Of a stretch of 64,000 bases of DNA, positions 62,333 through 64,000 are shown in pieces. The stretch is from Candidatus Bathyarchaeota archaeon. GTDB taxonomy: Archaea > Thermoproteota > Bathyarchaeia > Bathyarchaeales > Bathycorpusculaceae. Where the stretch lies: assembly GCA_963770935.1 (NCBI GenBank), contig CAVYRJ010000008.1:128001-192000 (forward strand), read 5' to 3'. The notes under the pieces were generated by a model. That model saw nothing but the letters and a program-made list of their open reading frames with translations, searched no databases and was not told where the DNA came from. The stretch's first letter is position 1; the number at the start of each line of letters is the position of its first letter. The position numbers and the translations under genes were made by a program.

Positions 62333-62644
62333 CAAACACAAAAACCAACCCAAAACACAACCAGCCAGCCCCACTTGTACACACAAAACACCCACAACAC
62401 AACAAAAGAAAAAGAAAAGACGGAGAAAAACACAGCCTGCAAACATCGCAAAGCCAATTAAAAAAGCAACCTAATCAAAGCCTGGAATTTGCAAATGCTA
62501 ATGTTTTTCTATTAGGCAAAAATTATGCACACCTCTCTCTAATTTTGAAAAACCTCTCAGGTTTTGTGTAAACCCTTCTTTTTGGGTGCGAGAGTTTAAA
62601 AGAATAATTGCATCACTTAAGTTAGTTTAGGAGTTCAAATGTAA

Positions 62645-63919
62645 ATGCCAGCTTTCCAACCTGTCCGTGGAATGAGAGACTTAATTGGTGAAGAAGCACA
62701 AGCCTTCACATACATCATCAGCAACTCACGAGAAACCGCCTCTCTTTATGGTTACAAAGAAGTCATAACCCCCCATGTTGAGCCCCTTGAGCTGTTAAGT
62801 GCCAAGTCAGGTGAAGAAATCCGCCAGCGCATGTTCATTTTCAAGGACCTAGGCGACCGCCAAGTTGCACTACGTCCAGAGTTTACTGCTTCAATCGCAC
62901 GGTTAGCCACGACTCTGCTGAAAAACGACCCAAAACCGCTGCGATTGTTTTCTGTAGGCACTGTTTACCGCTATGATGAACCCCAACGTGGCAGGTACAG
63001 GGAATTCTGGCAATCAAACTTTGAATTAATGGGCTCTGCTAAACCTGAAGCAGACGCCGAGATAATTCTGCTCACCAATAGCATAATGAAGTCGCTGGGG
63101 TTGCAGAACTACGCATTCAAAATTGGCCACATAGGTGTGATTCGCGGGATCCTTAGCCAAGAGGGCATTGAAGAGAAAACCCAGAATTCCGTGCTGCAAC
63201 TTATGGATAAAAAAGAATACGACGCGGCACTCAAGCTTGTGGATTCAGACAAATGCAAGAGCATGCTTAATGGGTTGCTTCAAATCAGGGGCAACGATTG
63301 GCTTGACACCGTTGAGCAAATCCAAACCTACGTTGCAGACTACGAGAAAGCTAAAGCTGCGGCAGAAAACCTCGCGGAAGTGCTCAAACTCGTAACCGAA
63401 AGCGCAGACATATCCATCACTGTGGAACCCGCATTCGCCAGAGGACTGGAATACTACTCAGGCATGATTTTTGAAATATACATCACTGGGCTGGAGATTG
63501 CGTTGGGTGGCGGCGGAAGATACGACAGGCTAATCGAAGCATTCGGCGGCGAACCTACGCCCGCAGTAGGCTGCGCACATGGAATCGACAGAGTTGCAAT
63601 TGCTCTGCAAACACAGAAAACAGCCCACACCGCAAAAACGGCGAAGAAAGTTGTAGTTTTACCAATCACTGAAACGCTAAAATATGAAGCATTAAGAATT
63701 GCTCAGCAACTGCGTGCAGTTGGGGTAACGGTGGAGTTTGAGGTTATGGGCAGGAAAATGGCAAAAGCCCTCGAAGACGCAGACAAACGCAAATTGGATT
63801 TTGCAGTTATCGTTGGAGAACGTGAACTCAAAGAAGGCGCCGTGATGCTCAAGGATTTGGTGAATCGACAACAAAGCTCAGTTCCAATAGATAAACTGGT
63901 TGAAAAAATCAAAAACTAA
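62645..63919 (+). CDS. hisS: histidine--tRNA ligase
   Basis: RGMRD, LRPEFTASIAR, YRYDEPQRGRYREFWQ, RGLEYYSG and GGGRYD motifs. Confidence 0.97.
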   Translation: MPAFQPVRGMRDLIGEEAQAFTYIISNSRETASLYGYKEVITPHVEPLELLSAKSGEEIRQRMFIFKDLGDRQVALRPEFTASIARLATTLLKNDPKPLRLFSVGTVYRYDEPQRGRYREFWQSNFELMGSAKPEADAEIILLTNSIMKSLGLQNYAFKIGHIGVIRGILSQEGIEEKTQNSVLQLMDKKEYDAALKLVDSDKCKSMLNGLLQIRGNDWLDTVEQIQTYVADYEKAKAAAENLAEVLKLVTESADISITVEPAFARGLEYYSGMIFEIYITGLEIALGGGGRYDRLIEAFGGEPTPAVGCAHGIDRVAIALQTQKTAHTAKTAKKVVVLPITETLKYEALRIAQQLRAVGVTVEFEVMGRKMAKALEDADKRKLDFAVIVGERELKEGAVMLKDLVNRQQSSVPIDKLVEKIKN

Positions 63920-63942
63920 AAAGAAAATAAATTGTTAAGCCT

Positions 63943-63961
63943 CAGAAAAGAGGCTTTTCTG
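63943..63961. terminator. hairpin between convergent hisS and glnA-like genes
   Basis: CAGAAAAG-AGG-CTTTTCTG, perfect 8-bp stem. Confidence 0.4.
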
Positions 63962-63962
63962 T

Positions 63963-64000
63963 TTAGAGTCGTTTGATGTAGCGGTTGACTTCCCACTCAG
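63963..64000 (-). CDS. glnA: 3' end of a gene, probably glutamine synthetase
   Basis: EWEVNRYIKRL* resembles the WExxxY C-terminus of type I glutamine synthetase; only 11 sense codons are visible. Confidence 0.55.
   Translation of the reverse strand, partial: EWEVNRYIKRL

Noticed and set aside
62147-62571. Four overlapping low-complexity ORFs
   Set aside because: The A/C-rich composition suppresses stop codons; no coding evidence.
1-64000. CRISPR array, tRNA, rRNA, transposase or integrase
   Set aside because: None recognised by eye; tRNAscan-SE, Infernal and HMM searches would be needed to exclude them formally.

Overview
Archaeal chromosomal window. Archaeosine TGT, class I CCA enzyme, SmAP3-type Lsm and a structural splicing-endonuclease subunit point to the TACK group; it is most likely Bathyarchaeia, by my recognition and not database-verified. 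Layout: (1) 1-8.7 kb housekeeping genes (beta-CASP fragment, PHP phosphoesterase, tgtA, PAC2, Lsm, glmU/glmM, PfkB kinase). (2) 9-21 kb contiguous minus-strand type IV pilus-like operon: ATPase, TadC/FlaJ-type platform, five pilin-like genes and a prepilin peptidase. (3) 22-48 kb AT-richer accessory island: small DNA-binding genes, then glycosyltransferases, methyltransferases and membrane-anchored surface proteins. (4) 48-64 kb housekeeping genes (class II HMG-CoA reductase, thpR, cca, mtnA, endA-like, hisS, probable glnA 3' end). Many genes, including housekeeping ones, carry single-base frameshifts, probably from an unpolished long-read consensus. The two most interesting signals are both nested protein architectures. 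A ~1250-aa pilin-like protein has one domain inserted inside a copy of itself, probably with further outer shells. A single-pass membrane protein joins an exported six-CxxCxGxG hairpin to a cytoplasmic Mrr-like nuclease domain. No tRNA, rRNA, CRISPR array, integrase or transposase was recognised.
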